DNA of 63,544 nt, counting the filler, from Octopus bimaculoides (lineage: Eukaryota), in NCBI RefSeq assembly GCF_001194135.2. It is 6 parts of 5 records of this genome, joined end to end, with 100 filler letters (N's around TTAATTAATTAA, not from the genome) between each part and the next. Parts side by side here need not be neighbours in the genome. Positions count along the whole stretch, not along the records: positions 13,115 to 42,453 come from NC_068985.1; 5 more parts are not named here. One strand, 5' to 3'. Under the pieces are notes generated by a model. That model saw only the letters and a list, made by a program, of their open reading frames with translations, searched no databases and was not told where the DNA came from. Position numbers and translations under genes: made by a program. Position 1 is the stretch's first letter. Every line of letters begins with the position of its first letter. This document shows, in pieces, positions 23,516 to 36,272 of the stretch.

Positions 23516-23651
23516 AAATTCCATTGTTGTCGAAAGTGCTTAGATTATTGCTTATTTCTCTTCATTCTTACCTCCCTTGTTGTGGTGCATTCTTCATGTA
23601 AAAACATTTCTTTGCTTCGCCATCTTTCTTTAGTTCCTTTTTTCTGCTCTG

Positions 23652-23752
<101 letters not shown>

Positions 23753-23844
23753 TCAGGGAAGCAGTGAACTGTTTTCAACATCGGGAGAACACTTAGTAGG
23801 ACACACAGACAGCGATAAATATGTATGTTTGTCCTACGCATGCT

Positions 23845-24130
23845 CATTTCCGAGCCAGGCTGTGTGTTGTGTTCTTGAGCAAGACACTTTATTTCATGTT
23901 GCTCCAGTTCACTCAGCTGTAGAAATGAGTTGCGACGTCACTGGTGCCAAGCTGTATCAGCCTTTACCTTTTTCTTGGATAACATCGGTGGCATGGAGAG
24001 GGAAACTGGTATGCATGGGCGACTGATGGTCTTCCAGAAACAACCTTGCTCAGACATGTGCATCGGAGGGTAAATTTCTAGGTGCAAATCCCATGGTCAT
24101 TCGTGACTGAAGGGGGTCTTTACCCTTTTA
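23845..24130 (+). mobile_element. CORE-SINE (family D), 5'-truncated
   Basis: GTTGTGTTCTTGAGCAAGACACTTTATTTCATGTTGCTCCAGTTCACTCAGCTGTAGAAATGAGT (CORE-like); ends CTTTACCCTTT. Confidence 0.7.
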
Positions 24131-24329
24131 CTCTATATACAAAAGTTAAACAATACCTCTTTGTACATGCAGCGATACGCTATCATACGTTTACATTCAT
24201 CATAAGTTTGCAGATACACCCACGTCTAAATTTCAGTGAAAGAGCCTCGTCTAGTGTTTTTGGAGACCGGCTATTTCTCCCTTGGTAAAGGAATTTATAA
24301 AATATAGCCAGATATACACATATCTCTTA

Positions 24330-24553
24330 TCTTTTATCTTTTACTTGTAACAGTCATTAGACTTGGGCCATGCTGGGGTACGACTCTGAACAATTTAAGT
24401 TGAATGAATCGATCGCAGTGCTTTTTTCTTAAGCCTGGTACTTATTGTATCTATATCTTTTGCCGAACCATAAAGTTACGGGGACGAAAACATACCAACA
24501 CCAATTGGCAAGCGGTAGTGGGGGGACAAACAAAGACACAAAGTCACACAGAC

Positions 24554-24615
<62 letters not shown>

Positions 24616-24818
24616 TTGCACACACATACATATATATATATATATAAATATACGACGGGCTTCTTCCAGTTTCCGTCTAACAAATCCACTCACAAAGCTT
24701 TGGTTGGCCCGAGGTTCTAGCAGAAGACACTTGCCCTAGGTGCCACGTAGTGGGACTGAACCTGCAATCATGTGGTTGGGAAGTAAGTTTCTTTTCACAC
24801 AGTCATAGCTGCGCCTGT
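24330..24818 (-). mobile_element. SINE family A with long internal (CA)n
   Basis: Full-length reverse-complement match. Confidence 0.85.
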
Positions 24819-25039
24819 ACGTAATTTTTCAAACGATAGGTGTTTTCAGGCGTAGAAAGTGGCCACCTAACATGCATTTTGAAAAATAAGATCAGTAATC
24901 GACGCATAAAAATGTGTAAGACTTCTCTAAAGTCCAGCATATCACTTTTCGTCGTTGTTGTTATCAAAACTTCAGCAGCAGAGTTTTGTGTTTATGTTAG
25001 AAACTAGTCACGTTTTATATGAATTCAGTGAAGAATGAG

Positions 25040-25074
<35 letters not shown>

Positions 25075-25081
25075 CGCACGC

Positions 25082-25117
<36 letters not shown>

Positions 25118-25256
25118 GCACACACACACACACACACATATATACATACATACGTGCATACATGCATGCATACATACATGGACACATGCATGAATACATA
25201 CATACATACATACCTGCATACATACATACATATATACATACATGCATGGATGCATG

Positions 25257-25304
<48 letters not shown>

Positions 25305-25823
25305 CATCTATCAATCAATACATGCATACATATATACATACATATATATACATACATGTATACATACCTAGAGACAGACAGACGGACAAACAGATAACCT
25401 AGATGTACACAAGTGAAGAACAGAGGCTCGCAATAAGCAGTCGAGAAACCCAATACGCATTCGCTGACAAAACCTTAGAATTGCACAGACAGGATTTACG
25501 GGCAGACATTCATATACACACACACGTGAAAAGAAAGCCACAACTTCACACAGACGTGTAGAACACATATACGCACAAAAACACACACGCACACAAACAC
25601 ATACACACGCACACAAACACACACACTCACATACGCGTACTCGCACATAAACACTTACCCTTATACATTAACACACAACAAGAAAACCGTTTTGCCATTC
25701 ATTTTGAAAGACACTTTATACAGCATTTTTTCAATGGAAAATTAAAACTTCGTTAAGATTTAATTCAATTTTCATTCCTCAATTGCTTGCATGCTTTGTC
25801 TTCTATTTTTATGTTCCAATTTC

Positions 25824-25881
<58 letters not shown>

Positions 25882-26384
25882 TTTCCTTTTCTCTTCCATA
25901 TTGTTTTACGGATTCTCAATGATTACCCCTTCATTGAAACAGTCCTTCATTATCAATATTATTCTTGTGTTTTTCTATTTAATTTCATTTAATTAAACAT
26001 TTTTTTGAAATTTTACATACTTGAAATATTCCCAACCATCTACTCAAAAATGTGACTGACTACAAAAAGAGATGCTTTTGTCTTGTCTTGTTTGGGGGGG
26101 TGGGGGATTTCTTTATGTCTTAACGTAAATGTAAACGTTAAGATGTAGTTAGTGCTATTGATGTTGTATGAAGAATTAAACGTTTTCAACGGAGTAGAAA
26201 TATATTGGAAGATTTTTGTCTGATTATTTTGATTCTTTTTTAATGTTTAACACACTTCTACATTGTAAAAAAATATTTTTAAATACATTAATAGACCATG
26301 TTGTAACTTTATTCAACTGATATATTATTCTATGCACATTTATACAAATGCGGGGAAAATATATGTATATATAGCATACAGAAA

Positions 26385-26831
26385 TAGTTTATTCTCAAAC
26401 GGATGATAATGCAATAGTATTAACAGGATAAACTATCCAAATATTATAGAAAAAATCATTACCGGTTAGCCTCGAACTCACATCTCTGTGATTACGCATC
26501 AAATGCTTTAACCTTTAAGCTAAACTGCCCAATAACGTATTCTGCTGAGATTTTAGGATTTATAAATCTAGCTTTATAAGAAGGTAACGTTAAATTCAAC
26601 TTATAATGAAAGTAAACAAAGTTTGTTTTAGAAGCGATGAGATGTATTGAAAGATATAGAAAAAAATTATTCTCAAACGCATGATAATGCTAATACAATA
26701 GCATGAAAAGGATAAACTATCCATATATTGCAGAAAAAATCGTTACCGGCCAAACATGAGACTCGAATTCACATAGTTGATCCTGTTCATGCTTCTAAAG
26801 CAAACGTTGTCTGTTTACTTTCATCGTAAGT
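26385..26831 (-). repeat. ~280-bp tandem unit (about 1.4 copies) with tRNA-like Pol III element and a terminal inverted segment
   Basis: 26385-26470 repeats at 26665-26750; minus GGGCAGTTTAGCTTAAAGGTTAAAGC..GAGTTCGAG; 26790-26831 is an inverted copy of 26600-26640. Confidence 0.6.
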
Positions 26832-27176
26832 ATATATATATATATGTGAATTTCGACTGTTATTTCAAGCAGGTAGATATACTTAGTATATCTTTTGATT
26901 AATTTTAATCCCTCGGTTATTTAATGCTATTTTTGGTCTGCTATCGTCTGTGTCATTGATTTTGTTATTATCATTTTTAAAATNNNNNNNNNNNNNNNNN
27001 NNNNNNNNNNNNNNNNNNNNNNNNNNNNNNNNNNNNNNNNNNNNNNNNNNNNNNNNNNNNNNNNNNNNNNNNNNNNNNNNNNNNNNNNNNNNNNNNNNNN
27101 NNNNNNNNNNNNNNNNNNNNNNNNNNNNNNNNNNNNNNNNNNNNNNNNNNNNNNNNNNNNNNNNNNNNNNNNNNNN

Positions 27177-27230
<54 letters not shown>

Positions 27231-27324
27231 CGCACCATATATGTATAATGATATACATACCTATATGAACAGGCAGGCAGACAGACAGATAGATAGATAG
27301 ATTTATGTATATGTATATATACCT

Positions 27325-27797
27325 CCTGCCGCGAGGTAGGTTCATCTGGGACTCCCAAAAGGAAGAGATCCAGTTTTATTTTGAAAACACCTACATCTAC
27401 TTTGTGTAAGTCTCTTAGGCTCTTTGGGAGGATATTTAAAAAAGCAGCGGGCCTTTCAAACCCAGGCTGTTGCTGTAACTGGTCCTGAAGCGCGACAGAA
27501 GTGTTGGGATCTTTGGCACTGTGCAGTGACGACCAGTTCTGGTATTTGTCGAGCTTTCAATGCCAAAATTTGGTATAATCCCTTCCAGGATCTTCCAGAT
27601 GTATATTACTGCATATCTCTCCTGCCTTCGCTCCAGGGAATAGAGTCTTAGCTGCTTTAGCCTTTCCCCAGTAGGTGAGCTGCTGCAATGAGACGATCTT
27701 CTTTCTGTAGCTTCACTGGATTGCTTCAAGGTCCGCTGTTAATTGTACACTGTAGAGTGACCATAGTTGGGAGTAGTATTCCAGGCGGGTTAGGTCC
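27325..27797 (-). mobile_element. CR1/L2-like LINE ORF2 C-terminal fragment
   Basis: RLEYYSQLWSLY..DLEAIQ*SY..YW/ERLKQLRLYSLERRQERYAVIYIWKILEGIIPNFG..GVPDEP. Confidence 0.85.
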
Positions 27798-27912
27798 ATA
27801 TATATATTTGTATGTATGTGTATGTGTGTAAGTTGGCGTGTATATATACATGCATACATACATATATATATATATATTATAATGGAATAATTACTATGAA
27901 GCATTGTGTAGA

Positions 27913-28248
27913 GTATATTGTATAAAGGATCGTGTGTAAGGTCAAAGCAATGCAAAGTAAATGCAAGGTAAATCACAAGAAAACAAATATGTGAATTAAT
28001 GTAGACTTATCTTGTATTCAATATTTCAGGGTTATGATCCCATTTTCAAGAAATTGTTGATTGTTGCCGATGTGCTAACACACATGCATATCGGTAACAA
28101 TCGTCAGTTTCTTGAAAATGGGGTCATAACCCTCAAATATTGAATACAAGGTAAGTCTACCTTAATTCACATATTTGTTTTCCTGTGATTTACCTTGCAT
28201 TTATTTCGCATTGTTTTGGCCTTACCTACGATCCTTTATACAATATAC
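27913..28248. repeat. Long palindrome: ~163-bp arms (~90% identical), ~10-nt loop
   Basis: 27913-28075 is the reverse complement of 28086-28248 with about 16 mismatches by manual alignment. Confidence 0.9.
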
Positions 28249-28254
28249 ATATAT

Positions 28255-28420
28255 AATACAGAATGGAACAAGAACACAAAGCATCCAGACCGTTAGGTGA
28301 TACAAGAAAGGGACAAAACATCCAGATAGACGATACAAAGAAAACACGGACAGGTCATTCGGAGCTTTCTTTCTTCAGTCGAGATCCAGATTATCCTTGC
28401 AATTTCAGCTGGTACATATG
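28255..28420 (-). mobile_element. Penelope-like terminal-repeat fragment with hammerhead-like remnant
   Basis: Minus CTGAAGAAAGAAAGCTCCGAATGACC followed by a pyrimidine-rich body like 4545-4700. Confidence 0.35.
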
Positions 28421-28514
28421 TAATATAATTTTTCTGAATCTTCAGATTTTTCAGTATGCTAGGCTACTGGTTTTAAATTGATATTAATCAAATTAGTATT
28501 CACTTTTTCACCCT

Positions 28515-28563
<49 letters not shown>

Positions 28564-28614
28564 TTTGTGTATCAAAGTATGCATATATAAACATATAACT
28601 TTACAAATGGCACA

Positions 28615-28760
28615 TAGATGTGTGGTTAAGAAGTTTGCTTCACAACTATATGTCTTTGTGTTCGATCTCATTGTTCTGTACATTGGACATGCATTTTCCC
28701 CCATAGCCCGTGTCGACCGAATGCTGGTGAGTGGAATTTGGTTCACAGGAACTGTGTGAA
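28615..28760 (+). mobile_element. SINE family A 5' half, diverged
   Basis: TGTGTGGTTAAGAAGTTTGCTT..GTGAGTGGAATTTGGTTCACAGGAACTG. Confidence 0.65.
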
Positions 28761-29499
28761 ACCTATTACATTGATCGTTATGTTTTAAAATGGTAAACTT
28801 AATTTGTCACCCAGTTTGACACTTAACACCACCATATGGTCCTTGCGCAACTTCAGTGGTGTCCACTCTGTTGCAAGCATTCAGGGCGGGTCTCCAGTCT
28901 GAGATTAATTTCTTCCTTTTTTTTTTTTACCAATCTCAGAAACCGTAAAAAGAATCTTAGACGCTGTTCTTACAAAACTATTAAAAAATCAGTGACATCC
29001 TTAAACATTTGTCTTCGTAAGTATATTGAAATGATTTAAAAGTTTTGTTGCCCTTGTAGCAAATAAACGTTTCAAACCATTTTAGTTATTTCCCTTTGTG
29101 TTCAGATCTCAGTGGTTTTGGAGTGTAGTTAATATTGCATATGTTTAGCGTATGCTTAGTATGTTTTATTTCATATATTTTTGTTCGTATCCAGTGTCCA
29201 AATTGTTATTAATAACTTTTACTTTCACACTACTCGTCCTGATTATTTCAGTTTCAAGACACTTCTACTTGGAAGAATTCCCCCATCTCCTTCGGGGCAG
29301 TGTATTTGTTAGAAGGTAGCGAGACGTCTCTCAGTACATTCGTGTTCGTTCTAACCCTTCTTGATTAATTATATCTGGACGGTCTGCTTTTTATAATTAT
29401 ATTATTAATTGCCTTTGTTATAATTTATTAATTGCATTATAATTTGCTTTTGATAATTAGCATGATGGAGTGATAGAGGTTTTAAAGCTTCAAAGGAAA

Positions 29500-30153
29500 T
29501 TCTTTGCGGTTATTTTGGTCCCAGCTGTTCAAGATCTGAGTTCAAATTCCGCAATAATCACCTTTGTTTTTTCATCATTTTTGGCTCTATAAAATTAAGT
29601 ACCACAAAACTGATTTCTTTAACTTCAAGCTCTGTGACCTTGTACTTATTTTAGAAACGACAATTATTATTTTATGCCTATTAGTAGGGCAGTAAGCTGG
29701 CGGAATCGTTACCACACCAGACAAAACCAAATAAAATACTTCACGACATTTCGTCCATCAAAGATTTTGAGTTCAAATTCCGCTGAGGCCGACTTTGCCT
29801 TTCATTCTCACGGGTTCGGTAAAATAAGTGCCAATCAAATACTGGAGTAGATGTAATCGACTAGTCCGCTCTCTGAAAACTTCAGGACCTGTACCTACAG
29901 TAGAAATTATTATCATTATTATTAGAGCGGCGAGTCGTTAGCACGCCGGGCAAAATACATAGCGGTACTTCGTCCGTTTTAACGTTCTGAGTTCAAATTC
30001 CACTGAGTTTGCCTTTCATCCTTTCAGAGTCGATAAATTAAGTACCAGTTGTGTACTGGGCCGATCTAATCGACTGGCCCGATCTAATCGACTGGCCCCC
30101 TCTTCCCCAAATTTTCAGGCCTTGTGCCTATAGCAAAAATAGGATTCTTCGTC

Positions 30154-30196
<43 letters not shown>

Positions 30197-30415
30197 AGCG
30201 GCGAACTGGCAGAATCGTTAGAACGCCGGGCATGATGCTTACCGGCATTTCGTCCGTCTTTATGTTCTGAGTTCAAATTCCACCGAGGTCGACTTTACCT
30301 TTCATCCTTTCGGAGTCGATAAATTAAGTACCAGTGAAACACTGGATGGCGCTGTAATCGACTTATCCCTCCCTCAAAATTCCAGGCCTTGTGCCTATAG
30401 TAGAAAGGATTATTC
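29500..30415 (+). mobile_element. Head-to-tail array of four SINE family B copies
   Basis: Copies at about 29500, 29690, 29925 and 30195, each starting in the preceding (ATT)n tail. Confidence 0.85.
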
Positions 30416-30419
30416 GCCG

Positions 30420-30985
30420 CCGCCTCCCTTCGATCGGGTAGGCAAGGCAGTTTTCCTTTTTCTGGTGGCTTTGGCGAAAAAGGTTGTTCGGTGGACAAGG
30501 CCGAAAGGCTTGAGGACAGGTACATTCCTCTTTGGTAGAGCTCTCGTTGGCTTTTTCAAGTTTCACTTGAAAAGGAAATTGAGAGTTGAGAGGAAAGTGC
30601 TGTCCTCGAGTGAGTTTATTGAAAGGTGGGTGAAAGTTGCGAAAATGGCACGAGTGGATTGTACCTCTCTAAGCGTAGACCTGTGAGTCGGGTAGAAGGA
30701 CTTGGAGAGGGAACTTGCTCCTAGGTTTCCAGAGAAATCGTGGTCAGTGGGATTCCTCGATTATCCCTAGAGGCATTCCTGTATCAGGAGGGCCACTTCT
30801 CTATCATCCTGCTCACCTTTTTTTTTTTTACTTTTGTATGCTATGCATATGTCCCTTCTTTCCCAGTGTATACCGTGTAAACTTTCTTTTTTTGTATCAT
30901 TTCATTATTATTTGTAAACACTCGTACTTCATGTCAGTATTGTCCCCCTCATCCTTCGCACTTGTGGCCAATGAAATCATCATCA
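30420..30985 (+). mobile_element. Tx1/L1-like LINE ORF2 C-terminus + 3'UTR
   Basis: VFLFLVALAKKVVRWTRPKGLRTGTFLFGRALVGFFKFHLKRKLRVERKVLSSSEFIERWV, typical of the Tx1-like C-terminus; U-rich 3'UTR. Confidence 0.6.
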
Positions 30986-31004
30986 TTATTATTATTATTG
31001 TTCA

Positions 31005-31420
31005 GTAGTTTTATTTTTATAACTTGCTTTCACTTCACTACCGAGCGCAGCTCTGTGTGCCTTGGGTATGTGCTGTGGTTTGCTGTGATGCTCTTATGGT
31101 TACTGTATTGAAAGTGTTTTGCGTAGGATGTGTGCAGTGCCCAGTAGTGCAATTTTCTGTATGTTATATATATTTCTAAGTCCTGGTGTTTTTGTTATGT
31201 ATTTGTCTGAATAATTTTTTATTATACCTAAGGCACCGACTATGATAGGAATTGTTTCTGTTTTTAGATTCCACATTCGAGTTACCTCTATTTCCAGGTC
31301 TNNNNNNNNNNTAATTTTTTAATTTCTCTATCTGTGTGTATTGGCATATCCCAGAGTATGGTTGCTTTCTCGTTTTCTGTGACCTTTTCTGGCGTGTGTT
31401 TATGCCATCTTTTTTCTGTT
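31005..31420 (-). mobile_element. R4/Dong 3' fragment between (TTA)n tracts
   Basis: Near-identical to parts of 9285-9820. Confidence 0.85.
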
Positions 31421-31427
31421 GTTATTC

Positions 31428-31505
<78 letters not shown>

Positions 31506-31942
31506 CATCCGATCTCTGATTGCGCCTATTCTCAAATCCAAGTGTACGTCAAGGGACACAAGTAACAGAATGCACTTAGCTTTGGAGGTCAAATTCTTCT
31601 GGTATCTGATGGGAGGACCCTGAATGGCCCCAGAGTGGCCGTCCACTTTGATGTATTTCGTTTCATTTCATTTCAGTTATATTCTTATTTGTTTTTAGGG
31701 GTTTTTTTTTTTTTGTAAACATATGCAGTGTTTTTCCATTGTATTGAAGATTACCATACGTTAAGTGTTCAATACCTAGTGGTGATATTTCTTTTGTATG
31801 TTCCTTAAATGTCTTATGTCCAGGAGCATTCTACGTATCTGATGGTGATATTTTCTGTTGAGTGGATGAATGTGTGTGGCTTCCTGATCCTGAAGAACCA
31901 TAGATGAACCAATTATATACATTGAGAAGCAAACAATTACGG

Positions 31943-31979
<37 letters not shown>

Positions 31980-32342
31980 NNNNNNNNNNNNNNNNNNNNN
32001 NNNNNNNNNNNNNNNNNNNNNNNNNNNNNNNNNNNNNNNNNNNNNNNNNNNNNNNNNNNNNNNNNNNNNNNNNNNNNNNNNNNNNNNNNNNNNNNNNNNN
32101 NNNNNNNNNNNNNNNNNNNNNNNNNNNNNNNNNNNNNNNNNNNNNNNNNNNNNNNNNNNNNNNNNNNNNNNNNNNNNNNNNNNNNNNNNNNNNNNNNNNN
32201 NNNNNNNNNNNNNNNNNNNNNNNNNNNNNNNNNNNNNNNNNNNNNNNNNNNNNNNNNNNNNNNNNNNNNNNNNNNNNNNNNNNNNNNNNNNNNNNNNNNN
32301 NNNNNNNNNNNNNNNNNNNNNNNNNNNNNNNNNNNNNNNNNN

Positions 32343-32383
<41 letters not shown>

Positions 32384-33109
32384 ACATGATCACGTGACCG
32401 ACAGGGGCACCAGATGTTTTTACATAACGCTGCTCACATAGCGCTTTGCAGCGTTTTAGCTTTCGAATAACTCTACTTCGCTGGCGAGGCGAGCAGACCA
32501 ACATAATTTTATACATGCACACATACATACGTGTGTGTGTGTGTGTATGTGTGTGTGGATATATACATATATATATACATGTATATACATATATATATAC
32601 ATATATATATACATATATATACATATATATATATACATTATTGCGGCTTTTGTTTCAATAAATTTTATTCAGCAAAAACAATAATAACATGTAACAAAAA
32701 CATCTTTAAATGATTATTCCGGTGCATATTCACCATCTACTTCAATTACTGCTTCCCATTTGCTTGGCAGACAGTCAGACCATCATTTAAAGATGCTTTT
32801 GTTAAATATTGTTATTGTTTTTGTTGAATAAAATTTGTTGAAATATTTATATACCAACCCAATATTTATAAACCAACCCAATATATATATATATATTTAC
32901 GCTTGTTTTTAATGTGAAGTTATGTAAGAAGAAAACGTAACCAAACAATAAATTGAAGCATCATTCAATACCTGTCTGTAGAGCACCATAGTTATGTTAA
33001 TTTTTTAATTATGCATTCATACGTACATGCATATATACATGCATGCATACATACATATATATATACATTAATAATAGTAAAGGTAAAATTAATTAATTGA
33101 TTAATCAAT

Positions 33110-33215
33110 AAATTACTAGGCTTACAAAGAATGACTCCTGGGGTGGATTCGTTCAAATAAAGGCAGTGCTGCACCATGATCACAGTCAAAGAAATGAAAC
33201 AAATAAAAAGAGTAA
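33110..33215 (+). mobile_element. SINE family A 3' end
   Basis: TACTAGGCTTACAAAGAAT..TAAAAAGAGTAAAA tail. Confidence 0.7.
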
Positions 33216-33227
33216 AAAAAGAGTACA

Positions 33228-33268
<41 letters not shown>

Positions 33269-33321
33269 CATGTGTGTGAGTGAAAGTCTAGTTCCGTTGT
33301 ATATATTTGAAGCATATTTCT

Positions 33322-34205
33322 AAACTGTGGTGAATAAACTGTCGTCTAAATTACGCAAAAACGAAAATAACAGACATCTCATTTTAATAGATATATTTAC
33401 CAAAATTACATAAAAATATCTTGTAATACTAAAGAATAAATTTATTCAATAAAATCGCCATTGACTTCAACCATAGCCTCCAGCCGACGTCGGAATCTCC
33501 TGCAACTCTTCTGGACGTCCTCCTTCTTTAAGTTGGTGAATGCTGCTATAATACTTGCTTTCAGTTCATCTTTGGTGCTACTAGGAGTTTTCTTGGTCTC
33601 TCGTTCATTTGCGCCCCACACATTATAATCAAGAGGGTTGCAGTCTGGAGAGTTTGGTGGCCAGGTGTTAGTGGCGATGTGGTTTCAGAAATTGTCTGAC
33701 TGCCATGACTGGGTTCTCCTGCTTGTGTGGCATGGTGCAGAGTCCTGACATAGGATCACCCAAACATAGGAAATTCCAGCAGCTACCCTCCTGACTCAGG
33801 GCAGTACAAAGTTCTCTGGGCATTTGATGTAGGCTTCCGTATGAGGCCGTGTGGGAAGATGAATGGAGGCATAACATCGCTATCACCTGAGATCACTCCA
33901 AACACCATGATGTTGACTGGATGCTTGATTTTTATCACTTTCGGCACATATCCTCAGATTGCACTGTCCTCACACTGACACACAAACAATCTGAAATATT
34001 CGTATTGGAGCTTCCGGCAAATGGCAAAAAGTACAGGACTTCATATCCAAATTTCTGGCAGAGTGAATGGTATCATGGTGCTGTTTTTTTTCTCACAGAC
34101 GGTGTCGAACTGAGCCCACTATACTGTGTAGTCGACAAAATCAGAAATAATCAATGCTCATGCGCGAAATCGAACATATAAAATGGCGACAATTTACCCA
34201 TGTAT
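33322..34205 (-). mobile_element. Tc1/mariner maT (DD37D) transposon, internally deleted and disrupted
   Basis: KHPVNIMVFGVIS..QDSAPCH-(37 aa)-WPPNSPDCNPLDY..RRRLEAMVEVNGDFIE*; N-terminal remnant FTLPEIW near 34075. Confidence 0.9.
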
Positions 34206-34346
34206 TTACCTATGTATTGTAATATCTTTTTTTATATTATATTTCGACACACTTTTCATCTGCTATATTTCCATGTTTTTTAACACTATACGTCTGAACG
34301 GAATACTTTCTCGAGATGAATTGTGCAGTTTCAAGGTTTTTAACTG

Positions 34347-35025
34347 TACGAGAGGTGTTTTTGGCAGACTTATCACACAGGATGAAACATGGGTCCATCC
34401 ATATGATTCTGAGTCTAAAGTCCAGTCGAAGCAATGGAAGCATGATAACTCAGCACCTCCAAAGAAGGCTCATGTCCAACCCTCAGCAGGCAAGGTGATG
34501 CTTACAGTCTTTGGGGACCAGTGCGGAGTTGTGATGATGAATTTTCTGGCAAAGGGCACCACAATATTATGCTTTTCTGCTGCAGAAATTGCGGGACGCC
34601 ATTAAAGCAGACAGATGTAGCATGCTGACGAATAGAGTCCGCCTCGTCCAAGGTAACGCCCCAGTTCACAATGCGCTTGTTGCCCAGATGAATTGCACAC
34701 TCCTGCGGTTATGAAATCCTTCCTCATTCCCTTTACTCTCCCAACCTTGCACCATCTGACTTCCACCTTTTTCCAGCCTTGAAGTCTTTTTTGAAGGGCA
34801 AGCACTTTTCGGGTGATGAACTTAGGATCTGAAGTAAAGTCTTGGTTCAAGACGCAATCTACCCGCTTCCACAGACGAAGTTTTCACAGCTGCATAAAGC
34901 GATGGGAGAAGTGTGTCACCATTGGTGGTGGCTATGTAGAGAAGAACAAATAATTATGCCAAGTTTCGTTTATCCCAGTCATTGGGAAGTGGGTCAGGTG
35001 AAATCTTTAAGAAACATCCCTCGTA
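34347..35025 (+). mobile_element. mariner (DD34D-type) transposon, 5'-internally deleted
   Basis: RLITQDETWVHPYDSESKVQSKQW..AGKVMLTVF..YSPNLAPSDFHLF..WEKCV; ends TACGAG.. / ..CCCTCGTA. Confidence 0.9.
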
Positions 35026-35469
35026 TATCTGCGTTAAGTAAAACATAGAGAATAGTCTTTTGATCTGATGCTGCTTCCGGTCACAAATAATTAATTTTTA
35101 ACTATCCTACCAGCTAATTGCGACAACGTTGATTTGTTGATCACTGTTTCTGTATAGCAATGGATGCTAAATTTGTCCCGACATGCATTGCTAGTAGATG
35201 TTTGCTATTCATGAGGCTCAATGAAGCAAAATTACGTATTTTGCAATTTGGCCACCGCTAGAAAATGCTTTACGTCATCTATAGATATTTTTCTGTGCTT
35301 TTTTAAATAATGTACATCTAAACAAGGTGCTTTCTTGAGACGAATACTGCAGCTTCAAGGCTTTTAACCGTGTATCTCCGGTATGCATGTTATACAGAAT
35401 GCTACTTTGACGGATTTTAAAGTTGTGTATATCAGTATCAAATTTATTTCATAGTATATTTTTATAGAA

Positions 35470-35850
35470 TAAGAAGCTTCTTTCCTAGCCACATGATTTT
35501 GGGTTCAATCCCACTGCGTAGCAGCTTGGGCAAGTGTCTTCTACTACATCCTAAGGTCGGCCAAGGCCTTATGAGTGTATCTTGGTAGATGGAAACTGAA
35601 AGAAGCACCTCGTGTGTTTGTGTGTGCGTGTGTGTCTGTGTCTGTGTCTTTGTGTTTGTCCCCGACCACCGTCTGATAACGGTGTTGGTATAGTTACGTC
35701 CCCGAAACCTAAGGTTTGGCAAAAAGAGACTGATACAATAAGTACTAGGCTTTAAAAAATAAGTCCTGGGGTCGAGTTGTTCGACTAAAACCATACAAGG
35801 TGGTGCCCCAGCCTAGCCGCAGTCAAATGACTGAAACAATTAAAAGATAG
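35470..35850 (+). mobile_element. SINE family A
   Basis: Full body match. Confidence 0.85.
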
Positions 35851-35885
35851 AAAATACATATGTATATACTTTTAGTGTGTATGGT

Positions 35886-36272
35886 TTTCGTTGGCACTCC
35901 GTCGGTGATGACGACGAGGTTTCCAGTTGATTCGATCAACGGAACAGCCTGCTCGTGAAATTAACGTGCAAGTGGCTGAGCACTCCGCAAACGCATGTAC
36001 CCTTAACGTAGTTCTTGGAGAGATTCAGCGTGACACAGAGTGTAACAATGCTGGCCCTTTGAAATACAGGTATAACAGAAATAGGAAGAAAGAGTGAGAG
36101 AAAGGTGTGATGAACGAGTACAGCAGGGTTCACCACCATCCCCTGCCGGAGCCTCGTGGAGCTTTTAGGTGTTTTCGCTCAGTAAATACTCACAACGACC
36201 GGTCTGGGAATCGAAACCGCGATCCTACAACCGCGAGTCCGCTGCCCTAACCACTGGGCCATTGCACCTCCA
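35886..36272 (-). mobile_element. SINE family C
   Basis: Reverse complement of 22319-22706. Confidence 0.9.

Noticed and set aside
29500-30415. Regularly spaced repeats superficially like a CRISPR array
   Set aside because: Units are ~220-bp SINE copies with tRNA heads, not 25-45-bp repeats with unique spacers; eukaryotic context, no cas genes
31890-31915. CTGAAGAACCATAGATGAACC as a hammerhead
   Set aside because: No second strand for helix II and no GAAA; too degenerate to call
34183-34605. 140-aa ORF as a host gene (SETMAR-like)
   Set aside because: Chimeric read-through of AT-rich flank into a deleted mariner; downstream catalytic region is frameshifted and has D>G
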